NCBI GenBank assembly: GCA_964426845.1
Contig: CAYRSA010000003.1
Span: forward strand, 6,751 to 70,750
Direction: 5' to 3'
From: an uncultured Candidatus Saccharibacteria bacterium
GTDB taxonomy: Bacteria; Patescibacteriota; Saccharimonadia; Saccharimonadales; JAGQNJ01
DNA length: 64,000 nt
This document shows positions 16,938 through 26,458 of this stretch, one piece after another. The notes below the pieces were generated by a model. It was not told the origin of the DNA. It saw only the letters and a program-made list of their open reading frames with translations, and ran no database searches. The number at the start of each line of letters is the position of its first letter. The first letter of the stretch is position 1. Both the position numbers and the translations under genes were made by a program.

Positions 16938-17969
16938 ATGTTGGATGACTTGAAGATTATTCACAAGCGGGACAAAAGCGACGCCTTGGGTGTTGCTGCC
17001 AAGCAGTGGCAGCAGTTGAAGCATGATTTCAGTAAAGTCCCGGCCGTTAACAGGGGTGATTTTGCCAATGTAGTGCTGGCAGGTATGGGCGGATCGGCTC
17101 TGGCGGCCGAACTGGCTAAGAGTACCTATGTCCTAGAAAAGCCATTCGAGATTGTCCGCGACTACGATACTCCGGAATATGTTAACAACCAGACCTTGTT
17201 CATCGCATCCAGTTACTCGGGTAATACCGAAGAAACCTTATCAGCTCTGGAGTTTGCTGAAGCTAAAGGAGCCACGGTGGCGGTTGTAGCCGCCGGAGGC
17301 AGACTGGCTGACATTGCTAACGACAAGAACTATCCATTCTACAAGCTTTCAGGAGGTATGATGCCTCGGATGGCGGCTTTTGATAACTTTGCCGCCCTAA
17401 CTCAACTTCTGGTGACCAATGGTTTATTGGTGCCAGAAGCTGTGCCTGAATTACGTGATGCTGGCGACTGGCTGGCCGAGAAAATGGTGAATTGGTTGCC
17501 CGACGTCGCTACCGCTAAAAACCAGGCCAAGAAACTGGCTCAGGATTGCCTAGGCTTAGCCCCTGTTATTTACGCTGGACCCCTGTTATTTCCAGTAGCT
17601 TACAAGTGGAAGATTAGTTTTAATGAGAATGCTAAGAACTTAGCTTGGTGTAATCAGTTTTCTGAGTTTAATCATAATGAGCTGTCGGGCTGGTTGGCTC
17701 AACCGGTTGATAAGCTATACAACGTCATTTATCTATTGAGTTCCTTTGACCACCCGCAGATTAGTAAACGGTTTGAAGTTACCGAAAAGTTACTGTCGGG
17801 CAAGTGGCCGCACCCCAATGAAGTTACGGCTGTCGGCGATACTAAACTGCGGCAAGTTTTGTGGGCGACACTGCTTGGCGATTTCGTTAGTATCTATGTT
17901 GCCCTGCTTAATAATGTTGACCCAACCCCGGTAGACAAGCAAGAACAGCTCAAAAAAGAACTAGCCTAA
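16938..17969 (+). CDS. bifunctional phosphoglucose/phosphomannose isomerase family (SIS domain)
   Basis: GMGGSALAAEL and SSYSGNTEETL SIS motifs. The size and C-terminal region fit the archaeal/bacterial PGI/PMI family. Confidence 0.75.
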   Translation: MLDDLKIIHKRDKSDALGVAAKQWQQLKHDFSKVPAVNRGDFANVVLAGMGGSALAAELAKSTYVLEKPFEIVRDYDTPEYVNNQTLFIASSYSGNTEETLSALEFAEAKGATVAVVAAGGRLADIANDKNYPFYKLSGGMMPRMAAFDNFAALTQLLVTNGLLVPEAVPELRDAGDWLAEKMVNWLPDVATAKNQAKKLAQDCLGLAPVIYAGPLLFPVAYKWKISFNENAKNLAWCNQFSEFNHNELSGWLAQPVDKLYNVIYLLSSFDHPQISKRFEVTEKLLSGKWPHPNEVTAVGDTKLRQVLWATLLGDFVSIYVALLNNVDPTPVDKQEQLKKELA

Positions 17970-18397
17970 GCTGCAACTTGATCTTGGTCGCTAGTGGCTG
18001 GATGTTGCCTAAAGGCCGTCGGGTGGATTCTTTCAGCCTCCTTTATAGCCATGTCTTTGTGTTCTGTGTCGACGTTATCCCTAGCTTCCTGATACTGGGC
18101 CATTTGGCGATGATGTTTTTTTTCTTCTCGCTTATGGGCAAGGCTGCCTGAAGCTTGGTTGCGGTAAGGGTTTTGTTCTTCATCTAGGACGACTGGGCGA
18201 TACTTATCGTCCATCTCTTGGTAGTGGGCAGTGCTTTGGGCACCCATGGCTGCGTCCATCTGGGCAGACATATCCCTCAATTGCATCATTTCTTGAGCTC
18301 GCTCTGAGGCTTCGCCCAGCAGATTAGATTGGTCCAGCTCGGCACTACGTTGTTTTAGCTCGTCAGCTGATGGCTGTGGCATATTTTCTGTTGTCAT
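17966..18397 (-). CDS. hypothetical protein
   Basis: 143-aa charged, Q/M/E-rich ORF. Upstream on its strand are TTGACT-17-CAGAAT and a TAAGGA SD. Confidence 0.5.
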   Translation of the reverse strand: MTTENMPQPSADELKQRSAELDQSNLLGEASERAQEMMQLRDMSAQMDAAMGAQSTAHYQEMDDKYRPVVLDEEQNPYRNQASGSLAHKREEKKHHRQMAQYQEARDNVDTEHKDMAIKEAERIHPTAFRQHPATSDQDQVAA

Positions 18398-18466
18398 GGC
18401 TTAATCCTTATGTTTGTTTTTCTTATGCTAAGTAGATTCTGTCACAGAGGTGCCAAGAAGTCAAGA

Positions 18467-19021
18467 CTAGATCTTGACGTCGCGCAGACCGATGATATAG
18501 CCCACATAGGTGGCGATGATATGCAGACAGAACCAGACTACGATAACTGCTAGATATTCTTCCAGAGTAAGTTGAATGACCAGGAAGCTAGCCAGTAGGC
18601 CACCGACAATATAGTCCAGCTGATCGAAAGGGAACCAGCTTTTGCCGGGCTTGATGCCGCGTTGGCGCTTGAAGAAGCTCTCAATAGCGTCGCCACCCAG
18701 GGCTCCAATGGCGAACAGCGGCCCCAGTATGTAAACTGGCAAGATAAAGTAGTTGATGTTGATGGCCACATCTTGGGCCCAGCCAAAGTTATTAAAAGCC
18801 CAGACCTGTAGGCCCAGGGTGATTGTCGCTAAAACAATGCCCAGCAGTAGCCCGCGCCAGCGCTTATTGTCCCCGAAAACTCGCTTGCCACGGAACTTTA
18901 AGCCAAAATCTAGCGGCGCGTCCCAGTTGCGCAGGCCTGGAATTTTGTTAGCAAAAACAGGGGCCATATTGGCCATGCCGGCCGGCAGGAAGAACCAGAT
19001 AGCGAACAAAATCATTTCCAT
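18467..19021 (-). CDS. CarS-like (DUF46, CDP-archaeol synthase family) membrane cytidylyltransferase homologue
   Basis: WFFLPAGMANMAPVFANKIPGLRNWDAPLDFGLKFRGKRVFGDNKRWRGLLLGIV parallels the archaeal CarS signature (LPAYxxNxxPV...PIDxGxxFxDGxRIxGDGKTxRG). It has five predicted TM helices. Confidence 0.7.
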   Translation of the reverse strand: MEMILFAIWFFLPAGMANMAPVFANKIPGLRNWDAPLDFGLKFRGKRVFGDNKRWRGLLLGIVLATITLGLQVWAFNNFGWAQDVAININYFILPVYILGPLFAIGALGGDAIESFFKRQRGIKPGKSWFPFDQLDYIVGGLLASFLVIQLTLEEYLAVIVVWFCLHIIATYVGYIIGLRDVKI

Positions 19022-19033
19022 ATTGCTTATACT

Positions 19034-19684
19034 TTAACTCTTTTTGAGCCGAGTACGCAATCGATGCCACTTGGGATACAGCAAACTGTGGATAGGCGGG
19101 CGCTCCATAGTCAGCTTGGCCTTGCCTAGCTGAGCCACCAGATTATCTACTGTCGGTAGAGACTCAATCATAGTAAAAGCTGTGCCAATGCCCTTGAGGC
19201 CATGGGCATCGCTACTGGCCACGCCGGGCAATTGGTTCAGACGAGCCCAAACTGTGGCCTCCGGACCCTTGTTCTGGGCCACGGCCCGGCCATTATAGAC
19301 CTCGACAATGTCGATTTGGTCGAGCAGACCATCCAGATCGTGCTTCTGAATGCCCTTGCGAACAGTCTCAAAAGGGTGGGGGACATAGACCAGACCGCCC
19401 TGGGCTTTGATAGCCGCGATGGCCTCGGGCAGGTCTAGGCCACCCGGCACCGGCTCGCGCAGGAATAAGCCAACGATTTCACCCCGCTGGGTGTCGATTT
19501 CTTCGCCTACAATAATTTTGTCGCCCAGTTCGGCTTGCAGACGAACAGCCAGGTCAATCCGGTTGTGATCTGTTATGGCAATGCAATCTAGCAGACCATC
19601 GGCTAGAATTTGCTGATATTGATCGGCGGTTATGCCACCATCTGGTGAAGCCATGGAGTGGGTGTGGAAGTCGACTTTTATCAT
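19034..19684 (-). CDS. PHP-domain metal-dependent phosphoesterase
   Basis: MIKVDFHTHSMASPDG at the N-terminus, then ...ITDHN..., ...YVPHPFE... and ...SSDAHG..., which are typical PHP His/Asp clusters. Confidence 0.8.
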   Translation of the reverse strand: MIKVDFHTHSMASPDGGITADQYQQILADGLLDCIAITDHNRIDLAVRLQAELGDKIIVGEEIDTQRGEIVGLFLREPVPGGLDLPEAIAAIKAQGGLVYVPHPFETVRKGIQKHDLDGLLDQIDIVEVYNGRAVAQNKGPEATVWARLNQLPGVASSDAHGLKGIGTAFTMIESLPTVDNLVAQLGKAKLTMERPPIHSLLYPKWHRLRTRLKKS

Positions 19685-20307
19685 GATAATTTTTTAAGTA
19701 TCAAAGACATACGTTGGATAATTGTCACCAAGGATAGTAGGGCCACGGCCATGACTGCGTATTCCAATACGCCGAACAACAAACCAATAATCAGCAGGAA
19801 AATTCGCACATCATAAGTCATCAGGCCGCTACGAAAGGACTTGTTTTGCTGGTGTTGGTTGGTGTTCGAGTGCTTACTTAGAGCTACTTCACCCCAGGCA
19901 TTGATGTAACTGACAACCACGGCCAAGCCGACCGCCGCAATCGCCCAGACAGCGTAGTAGGGCTGGCCCAAATCCACGAACAGATAACCGGCACCGATAT
20001 ACAAGAAAACCTCTTTTATGCGGTCAGTAACTGAGTCTAAGAACATACCCCGAGCACTGGCCTTGCCTTGCAAGCGGGCCAGCTCGCCATCCAGAGTATC
20101 AAACAAGCCAAAAATAATCAGGAGAATACCAGCCAACAGCAAATTATTGGTAGCAATCAGGCAGGCAATCGGTACATGAGCTATAAGCCCAACAATTGTC
20201 ACCACGTCAGGTTCTAGTTTACCGAAGGTGATCTTATTCAGGCCTTTAGCCACCACTGCCATGATGCTGCGACCAGCGTCACGGACGCTACTTAAAGCTT
20301 TATCCAT
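19681..20307 (-). CDS. CDP-alcohol phosphatidyltransferase family protein
   Basis: DTLDGELARL...D signature (D-G-x2-A-R...) in a polytopic membrane protein. It overlaps the PHP gene by 4 nt. TATACT (20314-20319) lies 6 nt upstream of the ATG. Confidence 0.8.
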   Translation of the reverse strand: MDKALSSVRDAGRSIMAVVAKGLNKITFGKLEPDVVTIVGLIAHVPIACLIATNNLLLAGILLIIFGLFDTLDGELARLQGKASARGMFLDSVTDRIKEVFLYIGAGYLFVDLGQPYYAVWAIAAVGLAVVVSYINAWGEVALSKHSNTNQHQQNKSFRSGLMTYDVRIFLLIIGLLFGVLEYAVMAVALLSLVTIIQRMSLILKKLS

Positions 20308-20337
20308 AACCCAAGTATAACAGGGTATAATAAGGTG

Positions 20338-21027
20338 ATGAAACTGTTCGACGAGGAGTCACCATTCACTACTAGGTTGATAGTTACCTTACTAGGTTCG
20401 TCATTGGTCAGTGTACTTTTGCTGGCAGTTCGGATGATTGTGGCCGGCAACACCCGATTCCTATTCATGATTTGGAATCTATTCCTAGCCTGGCTACCGG
20501 TGGTTTTTGCTCTGGGCTTTCGCCTTAATCTGACCAAACACCGCCTGCAAAGTTGGCAAAACCTGGGCCTGTTAGTCCTGTGGCTGGGCTTCCTGCCCAA
20601 CAGCTTTTACTTAATGAGCGATCTTATCCACCTGCAAAGCTCCGGTGAGTCGGCCATACTCTACGACATCGCGATGATGATGAGCTTTATCATTAACGGA
20701 CTAATATTAGGCTATATCAGCGTCTATATCGTACACATGCAACTACTCAAACAATGGTCTAACCGGATGATCCTGGGCTTTTTGGGCTTTGTTTTTTTAG
20801 CCTGTGGCTTTGCCATCTATCTAGGTCGCTATCTACGCTGGAACACTTGGGATATCTTGCTCAACCCCTTTGGCATTCTGTTCGACCTCAGTGAACGCAT
20901 TATCAATCCGTTCATTCACTTCCAAACTTACGTAGTCACCCTGATATTTTTTGTTCTGCTGAGCACCACCTACGCGGTTATCTACCAGCTGGTAATAGTA
21001 CTGGGCACCAACGTCAAAAAACGCTAG
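20338..21027 (+). CDS. DUF1361-family membrane protein
   Basis: FLFMIWNLFLAWLP motif in a polytopic protein. The start is the ATG at 20338, 6 nt after TATAAT (20326-20331). Confidence 0.65.
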   Translation: MKLFDEESPFTTRLIVTLLGSSLVSVLLLAVRMIVAGNTRFLFMIWNLFLAWLPVVFALGFRLNLTKHRLQSWQNLGLLVLWLGFLPNSFYLMSDLIHLQSSGESAILYDIAMMMSFIINGLILGYISVYIVHMQLLKQWSNRMILGFLGFVFLACGFAIYLGRYLRWNTWDILLNPFGILFDLSERIINPFIHFQTYVVTLIFFVLLSTTYAVIYQLVIVLGTNVKKR

Positions 21028-21046
21028 GCAATGTCAAGCACGGACC

Positions 21047-21298
21047 TCACGGCGCATCAGAAGTAGTAAAGCTATCAACGACGGTGCCTTGTTTGGCATG
21101 TTGTCTGTACAGCTCGGGATCGGAGCAGTATATATCAGTTGGCCGACCCTCATCGGTGCTTCTATAGCAGTCGAACTTTTGCATAATTTCCCCATCACTT
21201 AGGCTGCTTGCTTGTTGTCTCTGTAAGTACTTATACAGCGCTAGGGATGCGACCACAGCAGCCAGCACGCCGGCAATAATCAGTAACTTTTTCTGCAT
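21047..21298 (-). CDS. small membrane-anchored protein
   Basis: MQKKLLIIAGVLAAVVASLALY forms a signal/anchor. The start is the ATG at 21298, 6 nt after TATAAT (21305-21310). The ORF-track start is 21316. Confidence 0.5.
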   Translation of the reverse strand: MQKKLLIIAGVLAAVVASLALYKYLQRQQASSLSDGEIMQKFDCYRSTDEGRPTDIYCSDPELYRQHAKQGTVVDSFTTSDAP

Positions 21299-21377
21299 AT
21301 GCTTATTATATAGCACGATCCAAACACCAGTGTTATTCGTCTGGGTCCATGGTCGACATGCTATAATTGCATCTGTT

Positions 21378-23039
21378 ATGGAAGAAATAAAAAAGCTGGT
21401 AGAGCGGGCAGTTCGAGCGGCTTGTGACGAGAGTGCTTCGGTTGAGCTGAGCGTACCGGACCAGCAGTTTGGCGACTACGCTACCAATGTAGCCCTACAA
21501 CTTGGCAAGAAGCTGGGGAATAATCCCCGGGAGTTGGCCGAAAAAATTGTTGCCGGCTTACCAAAAAATGGGATACTGGCCAAAGTTAGCATCGCTGGCC
21601 CCGGCTTTATCAACATAAAACTGACCGACCAAGCTTTAATAAAAGAATCTCATCGTCGATCAAATAAGCTGTTGCAGGGCAAGGTGGTTGTCGCCGAATA
21701 TTCAGATCCAAATCCTTTTAAGGTGTTACATGCTGGACACCTGTACACAACTATCACTGGCGATGCCATAGCTTCATTGCTCGAGAATGCCGGGGCTAAA
21801 GTTCATCGGCTTAACTATGGTGGCGACGTTGGCTTGCACGTTGGCCGAACAATGTGGGCGATAGTACGACATCTAGGGGGCGAAAAACCCCAAGAACTCC
21901 AAAACGTTGATCCTAAGAAACGTCCCGAGTGGATGAGTGAGCGCTATGTCGAAGGTAATAGCGCCTATGAAGATAATCCCGAGGCCAAGGCCGAAATTAT
22001 TGCTATAAACAAAAAAATCTATCAGCTACATGCTGACAAGGACCATCAATCGAACTTGGCCAAAATTTACTGGACCTGTCGGGAATGGAGTTACGAGGGC
22101 TTCGATGCGTTATATGCCGAACTGCGGATTGATCCTTTCGAGAAGTACATAGCCGAGAGCGAAGTCACACCGTTAGGACTGGAGCTGGTCGAGCGGGGAC
22201 AAACCGAGGGGGTCTTTGAGAAGTCCGAGGGGGCTATCGTTTTTAAGGGTGAGCCGCATGGGCTACACACCCGGGTTTTCATTAATTCTGAAGGCTTGCC
22301 GACCTATGAAGCCAAAGATCTAGGACTAGCTGCTAAAAAATGGCAAGATTATAAATTCGATTTAAACATCATCGTGACGGCCAATGACATTGTCGAGTAC
22401 ATGAAGGTCGTGTTGCAGGCCCTGAGTAATTTTTATCCAGAAGTAGCAGCCCGCTCCAAGCACTTCACCCACGGCGTGATAAAGTTGCCGGGAGGTGTAA
22501 AAATGAGTAGCCGCAAAGGTAATATTTTGCGAGCTGCCGACATCTTGGATGCTGCCCGTGAAGCCAGCCAAGCCGAACGTGAGGGCGACAATGAGGATTC
22601 AGTCTTAGCCGCTGTCAAATACGCCTTTTTAAAGCAGCGCATTGGTGGCGATATCATCTACGACCCAGCCGAATCCGTAAACTTAGCTGGTAATAGCGGT
22701 CCGTATTTGCAATATGCTCACGCGCGAGCCCGATCGATCCTGACTAAGGTCAAGTCGGCCGATGTCGAAGTTAAACAACTAGAAGACGGCGAGCGCAGTC
22801 TGGTCCGAAAATTAGCTGAATACGCCTCGACGGTTGAACAAGCCACCAGAGAGCTGATGCCTCACCACATTTGCACCTATCTGTATGAGCTATCTCAGGA
22901 GTTCAACCGCTTTTATGAGAATAATCGAGTGATTGACGACCCTCGCCAAGGACAGCGACTTACTCTAGTCAAGCAATACGCCGACACTCTAAAAAACGGC
23001 TTGGAACTGCTTAACATTCCAGCACCGGAGAAGATGTAG
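21378..23039 (+). CDS. argS: arginine--tRNA ligase
   Basis: MEEIKKLVERA... at the N-terminus, FKVLHAGHL (HIGH-like), VKMSSRKGN (KMSK-like) and a C-terminal anticodon-binding DALR-type domain ending in ...EKM. The start was moved to the ATG at 21378, downstream of TATAAT (21362-21367). Confidence 0.93.
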   Translation: MEEIKKLVERAVRAACDESASVELSVPDQQFGDYATNVALQLGKKLGNNPRELAEKIVAGLPKNGILAKVSIAGPGFINIKLTDQALIKESHRRSNKLLQGKVVVAEYSDPNPFKVLHAGHLYTTITGDAIASLLENAGAKVHRLNYGGDVGLHVGRTMWAIVRHLGGEKPQELQNVDPKKRPEWMSERYVEGNSAYEDNPEAKAEIIAINKKIYQLHADKDHQSNLAKIYWTCREWSYEGFDALYAELRIDPFEKYIAESEVTPLGLELVERGQTEGVFEKSEGAIVFKGEPHGLHTRVFINSEGLPTYEAKDLGLAAKKWQDYKFDLNIIVTANDIVEYMKVVLQALSNFYPEVAARSKHFTHGVIKLPGGVKMSSRKGNILRAADILDAAREASQAEREGDNEDSVLAAVKYAFLKQRIGGDIIYDPAESVNLAGNSGPYLQYAHARARSILTKVKSADVEVKQLEDGERSLVRKLAEYASTVEQATRELMPHHICTYLYELSQEFNRFYENNRVIDDPRQGQRLTLVKQYADTLKNGLELLNIPAPEKM

Positions 23040-24229
23040 TGCTGGATACCACCCACGAGTTAATCAAACGGGTGGGAGACAAGATTGGTCTGAGCGAGGC
23101 CCAAGTCGCCGCCATTCTAAAACCCGAAGCCGTCCACGAATTTGAGGTCAAGCTAGGCGACACTAGCTATAAGGCCTTTCGTTCACAACACAACAATAAA
23201 CTGGGTCCATATAAAGGTGGGCTCAGGTTTCATCCCAAAGTCGACAGAGATGAAGCCGTAGCCTTGTCAACTCTGATGTCTATGAAAACCGCGGCGGTCG
23301 GCCTGCCGCTGGGGGGTGGCAAGGGTGGAATAGCTGTCGATCCGGCCAGCCTGTCCAAGGCCGAACTCGAAGACATATCTCGCCAATTTGTCAGGCATCT
23401 ACAGGACCATATCGGTCCAGACAAGGACATCCCGGCCCCGGACGTTAATACTAATGCTCAGATTATTGACTGGATGGTTGATGAGTATCATGCTGTCACT
23501 GGGGACACCAATGGAGCCAGCTTCACGGGCAAAAGCATCAAGAATGGTGGAAGTCTGGGCCGCGAGGCGGCGACCGGCCGAGGCGGCGTTATGGCCTTGG
23601 CTGAGTACTTAGAATTAAACGGCCAGCCGGACGAGCCACTAAAAGTTGCAATCCAGGGTTTTGGTAACGTCGGGGCTTTTTTTGCACAAGTGGCCGAGGC
23701 CACTCAGCCCAACTGGCACATTGTGGCGGTCAGCGATTCACGGGCAACTGTGACTAGCCAAGATTTGCCGATCGCCGAGCTAATTACCTGGAAAGAGCAG
23801 GGCAAGTCTTTTAAAGATTTTCAGGGTTCATCAACAGGACCAGCCGAAGATATCTTTAATGGCGAGGCCGATATCCTAGTTTTGGCGGCCCTGGATCACG
23901 CCGTAACAGAGGCCAACATGCGAGAGGTTAAAGCTAAAATCGTTCTGGAACTGGCAAACGGGCCTATAGACACCACCGCCGAAGAATACCTAACGTCGCA
24001 AAATGTAGTAATTATTCCCGACATCATAGCCAATGCCGGCGGGGTGATTGTTAGCTACCTAGAATGGCAACAAAACTTGGCTAACGAACAATGGACTGAA
24101 GCTGAGGTGAATAAAAAATTGGAAGGCTACATTCGGCCGGCCATGAGAACAACCTATGAAGTTGCTAAAAAACATAAGATGACTCTCAAAGAAGCCGCCA
24201 TCGCCCACGCTCTTAAGAGACTTACTTGA
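23039..24229 (+). CDS. Glu/Leu/Phe/Val dehydrogenase family (probable glutamate dehydrogenase)
   Basis: KGGLRFHP and GLPLGGGKGG motifs plus a Rossmann GFGNVG. The GTG start overlaps the argS stop by 1 nt. Confidence 0.88.
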   Translation: MLDTTHELIKRVGDKIGLSEAQVAAILKPEAVHEFEVKLGDTSYKAFRSQHNNKLGPYKGGLRFHPKVDRDEAVALSTLMSMKTAAVGLPLGGGKGGIAVDPASLSKAELEDISRQFVRHLQDHIGPDKDIPAPDVNTNAQIIDWMVDEYHAVTGDTNGASFTGKSIKNGGSLGREAATGRGGVMALAEYLELNGQPDEPLKVAIQGFGNVGAFFAQVAEATQPNWHIVAVSDSRATVTSQDLPIAELITWKEQGKSFKDFQGSSTGPAEDIFNGEADILVLAALDHAVTEANMREVKAKIVLELANGPIDTTAEEYLTSQNVVIIPDIIANAGGVIVSYLEWQQNLANEQWTEAEVNKKLEGYIRPAMRTTYEVAKKHKMTLKEAAIAHALKRLT

Positions 24230-24273
24230 AGAAGCGGTGTTATAATAAAGCTATAAATTAATAGGAGAATGAT

Positions 24274-24699
24274 ATGGAAGTACTCTTAGACTACGTGAGC
24301 GAACTTAATTGGCTAGCAGTTGTGGCAGTAACACTATTGGCATTTGGTGTCGGTGCAGTCTGGTATACGCCGGCCCTATTTGGTAAGGCTTGGATGAAAT
24401 CGATTGGCCTTAAGGAAAGCGACGCCAAGAAAGCTAACATGACCAAGGCTATCCTTCTGACTCTAGTCGGAACCTTTGTGACAGCCTCTGCCATGGGTGT
24501 GCTGGTTCAAGTCTTAGATTTGACTAGCCTTTGGCAGGGTGCAACCTTTGGAATTCTGGTAGCAGTGGCTTTTCTGGCGACCAATAAAGTCATGCAGGCT
24601 CAATTCGAGCTTCGACCATTGTCCTACAATGTCATAACCTCAGCAGCTGATGTAGTAACACTAGGTCTGATGGGCGCAATTTTAGCGGTGTGGAGCTAG
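24274..24699 (+). CDS. DUF1761-family membrane protein
   Basis: NWLAVVAVTLLAFGVGAVWYTPALFGKAWM is typical of DUF1761. A TATAAT promoter and an AGGAG SD lie upstream. Confidence 0.6.
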   Translation: MEVLLDYVSELNWLAVVAVTLLAFGVGAVWYTPALFGKAWMKSIGLKESDAKKANMTKAILLTLVGTFVTASAMGVLVQVLDLTSLWQGATFGILVAVAFLATNKVMQAQFELRPLSYNVITSAADVVTLGLMGAILAVWS

Positions 24700-24709
24700 G
24701 GGAGAGCTA

Positions 24710-25117
24710 GTGGCTGACACAAACCGACCAAGGGTGCGACCAGGCCAGAAGCCGCCCCGAAAATCAGTAGCCCACCACGCTAAGGCTAAAACTCGTCAGG
24801 AGTTTGGTGGTTTCGTGGAATTTCTGAGGACTCAGGGCGTAGTAGGGCTGGCTATCGGCTTTATCCTCGGCACCCAAGCTAAGGTGTTAGTCGATCAATT
24901 CAGCGCCAGCTTCATCAACCCAATTCTAGGGCTGATGATAGGAGGAGGCGAGAACCTAACAGCTCAAAAATTCTCAGTAACCGTTGGTGGCAACACCGCG
25001 GTGTTTGCCTGGGGACTATTTGTGTTCGTTATGATTAATTTTGTAATCACCGCCGCCATAATCTACTTTACCTTTAAGTGGTTGCGTCTCGATAAGCTAG
25101 ACAAGAAAAAGGACTAA
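24710..25117 (+). CDS. mscL: large-conductance mechanosensitive channel
   Basis: EFLRTQGVVGLAIGFILGTQAKVLVDQFSASFINPILG, a second TM helix and a charged C-terminus. It has a GTG start and a basic N-terminal extension. Confidence 0.8.
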   Translation: MADTNRPRVRPGQKPPRKSVAHHAKAKTRQEFGGFVEFLRTQGVVGLAIGFILGTQAKVLVDQFSASFINPILGLMIGGGENLTAQKFSVTVGGNTAVFAWGLFVFVMINFVITAAIIYFTFKWLRLDKLDKKKD

Positions 25118-25123
25118 TCGGGC

Positions 25124-25516
25124 GTGGCCGATGATGACTACAAAAACAGGTTGACGCCTCAGCAGTATGCGGTCCTGCGTCAGGGTGATACCGAGGCGCC
25201 GTTTTCGGGCAAGTTGCTCAATAATAAAGAGCAAGGCACCTACAAATGTGCAGCTTGTGGCGCTGAATTATTTGGCTCTGAGACAAAATATAGCTCAGCA
25301 CCTAACGAACCAAATGCTGGCTGGCCACATTTCTGGAAGCCGACAGACGAGAAGAATATCAAAGCACTGGATGATAGTTCTCATGGAATGGAACGCACAG
25401 AGGTTAAATGCGCCGTTTGTGATAGCCATCTTGGTCATGTGTTTACGGATTCTCACACCCCATCTGGACAGCAATATTGTATTAACTCATGCGCGCTGGA
25501 TTTCAAGAAAAGTTAA
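25124..25516 (+). CDS. msrB: peptide-methionine (R)-S-oxide reductase
   Basis: LTPQQYAVLRQGDTEAPFSG, two CxxC pairs (CAACG, CAVCD) and a GHVF motif. Confidence 0.9.
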   Translation: MADDDYKNRLTPQQYAVLRQGDTEAPFSGKLLNNKEQGTYKCAACGAELFGSETKYSSAPNEPNAGWPHFWKPTDEKNIKALDDSSHGMERTEVKCAVCDSHLGHVFTDSHTPSGQQYCINSCALDFKKS

Positions 25517-25540
25517 CCGGGCTAAGGTATACTAACTGAT

Positions 25541-26101
25541 ATGAAAGACAAAAACGCTCGTCCAACCAAGATTCTGTGGATGGACCTGGAGATGACCGGC
25601 CTGGATCCGGACAAAGATGTGATTATTGAACTAGCTGTCGAGGTAACCGACTTCGAGTTTAATCAAATTGCCAGTTTCGAAGCTGTTATCAAGCATCCCG
25701 AAGCCATTCTAACCAACATGAACCCTTGGGCCGATGCTCAGCATGCGAAGAGCGGCCTGACTGAACTGATCCGCAAAGAAGGTCGGCCGGAAGATGAGGT
25801 TAAGCACGAGCTAGTCGGCTTTATCAAGGCCCAATTCGGCAACGAAATGGCCATTCTGGCGGGTAATTCGATTCACAACGATCGTCTGTTTATTGCCAAG
25901 TGGTGGCCCGAAGTCGACGCTTTACTTCACTACCGCATGCTGGACGTGACCTCTTGGAAAATCTACATGCAGGGCAAGCACAATATAAATTTCCAGAAGC
26001 CCGAGGCCCATCGAGCTTTCGAGGACATTCAGGGTTCTATCGCCGAACTCCAATATTACCTAGATTGGTTCAGAAAACATTCAGATAGCGATGACGCATA
26101 A
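25541..26101 (+). CDS. orn: oligoribonuclease
   Basis: ILWMDLEMTGLDP (DEDDh exo I) and a C-terminal HRAFEDIQGSIAEL. TATACT (25528-25533) lies 7 nt upstream. Confidence 0.88.
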   Translation: MKDKNARPTKILWMDLEMTGLDPDKDVIIELAVEVTDFEFNQIASFEAVIKHPEAILTNMNPWADAQHAKSGLTELIRKEGRPEDEVKHELVGFIKAQFGNEMAILAGNSIHNDRLFIAKWWPEVDALLHYRMLDVTSWKIYMQGKHNINFQKPEAHRAFEDIQGSIAELQYYLDWFRKHSDSDDA

Positions 26102-26447
26102 GCAAGTCGAAGACTATATTCTGAGTTTTCCCAACACTTGGTTAGACTATCCGTTCGGGGAAGGGGTGGCCGTCTACAAGGTCGGACCCAAGGAGGACGG
26201 CAAAATGTTTGCTCTTATGCCAGAGGGCAAGACTCCGGTTAGTCTGAGCCTAAAGTGCGACCCTCGCCTCAGTCACTTGCTACGCGAAAAATATGAGTCA
26301 GTCATGGAGGGCTACCACTTGAACAAAAAGCATTGGAATACCATTCTGCTGACTGGTCAGCTAAGCGACGAGGACATCAACGACCTGATTCGCCACTCCT
26401 ATAATTTGGTGGCTAAAACAGGAGCCGATACACCCGAAATCGACTAG
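26091..26447 (+). CDS. MmcQ/YjbR-family protein
   Basis: 118 aa containing ...YPFGEGVAVYKVGPKEDGKMFALM... and ...HLNKKHWNTI..., which are typical of YjbR. Confidence 0.7.
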   Translation: MTHKQVEDYILSFPNTWLDYPFGEGVAVYKVGPKEDGKMFALMPEGKTPVSLSLKCDPRLSHLLREKYESVMEGYHLNKKHWNTILLTGQLSDEDINDLIRHSYNLVAKTGADTPEID

Positions 26448-26458
26448 AACATCCGGTT

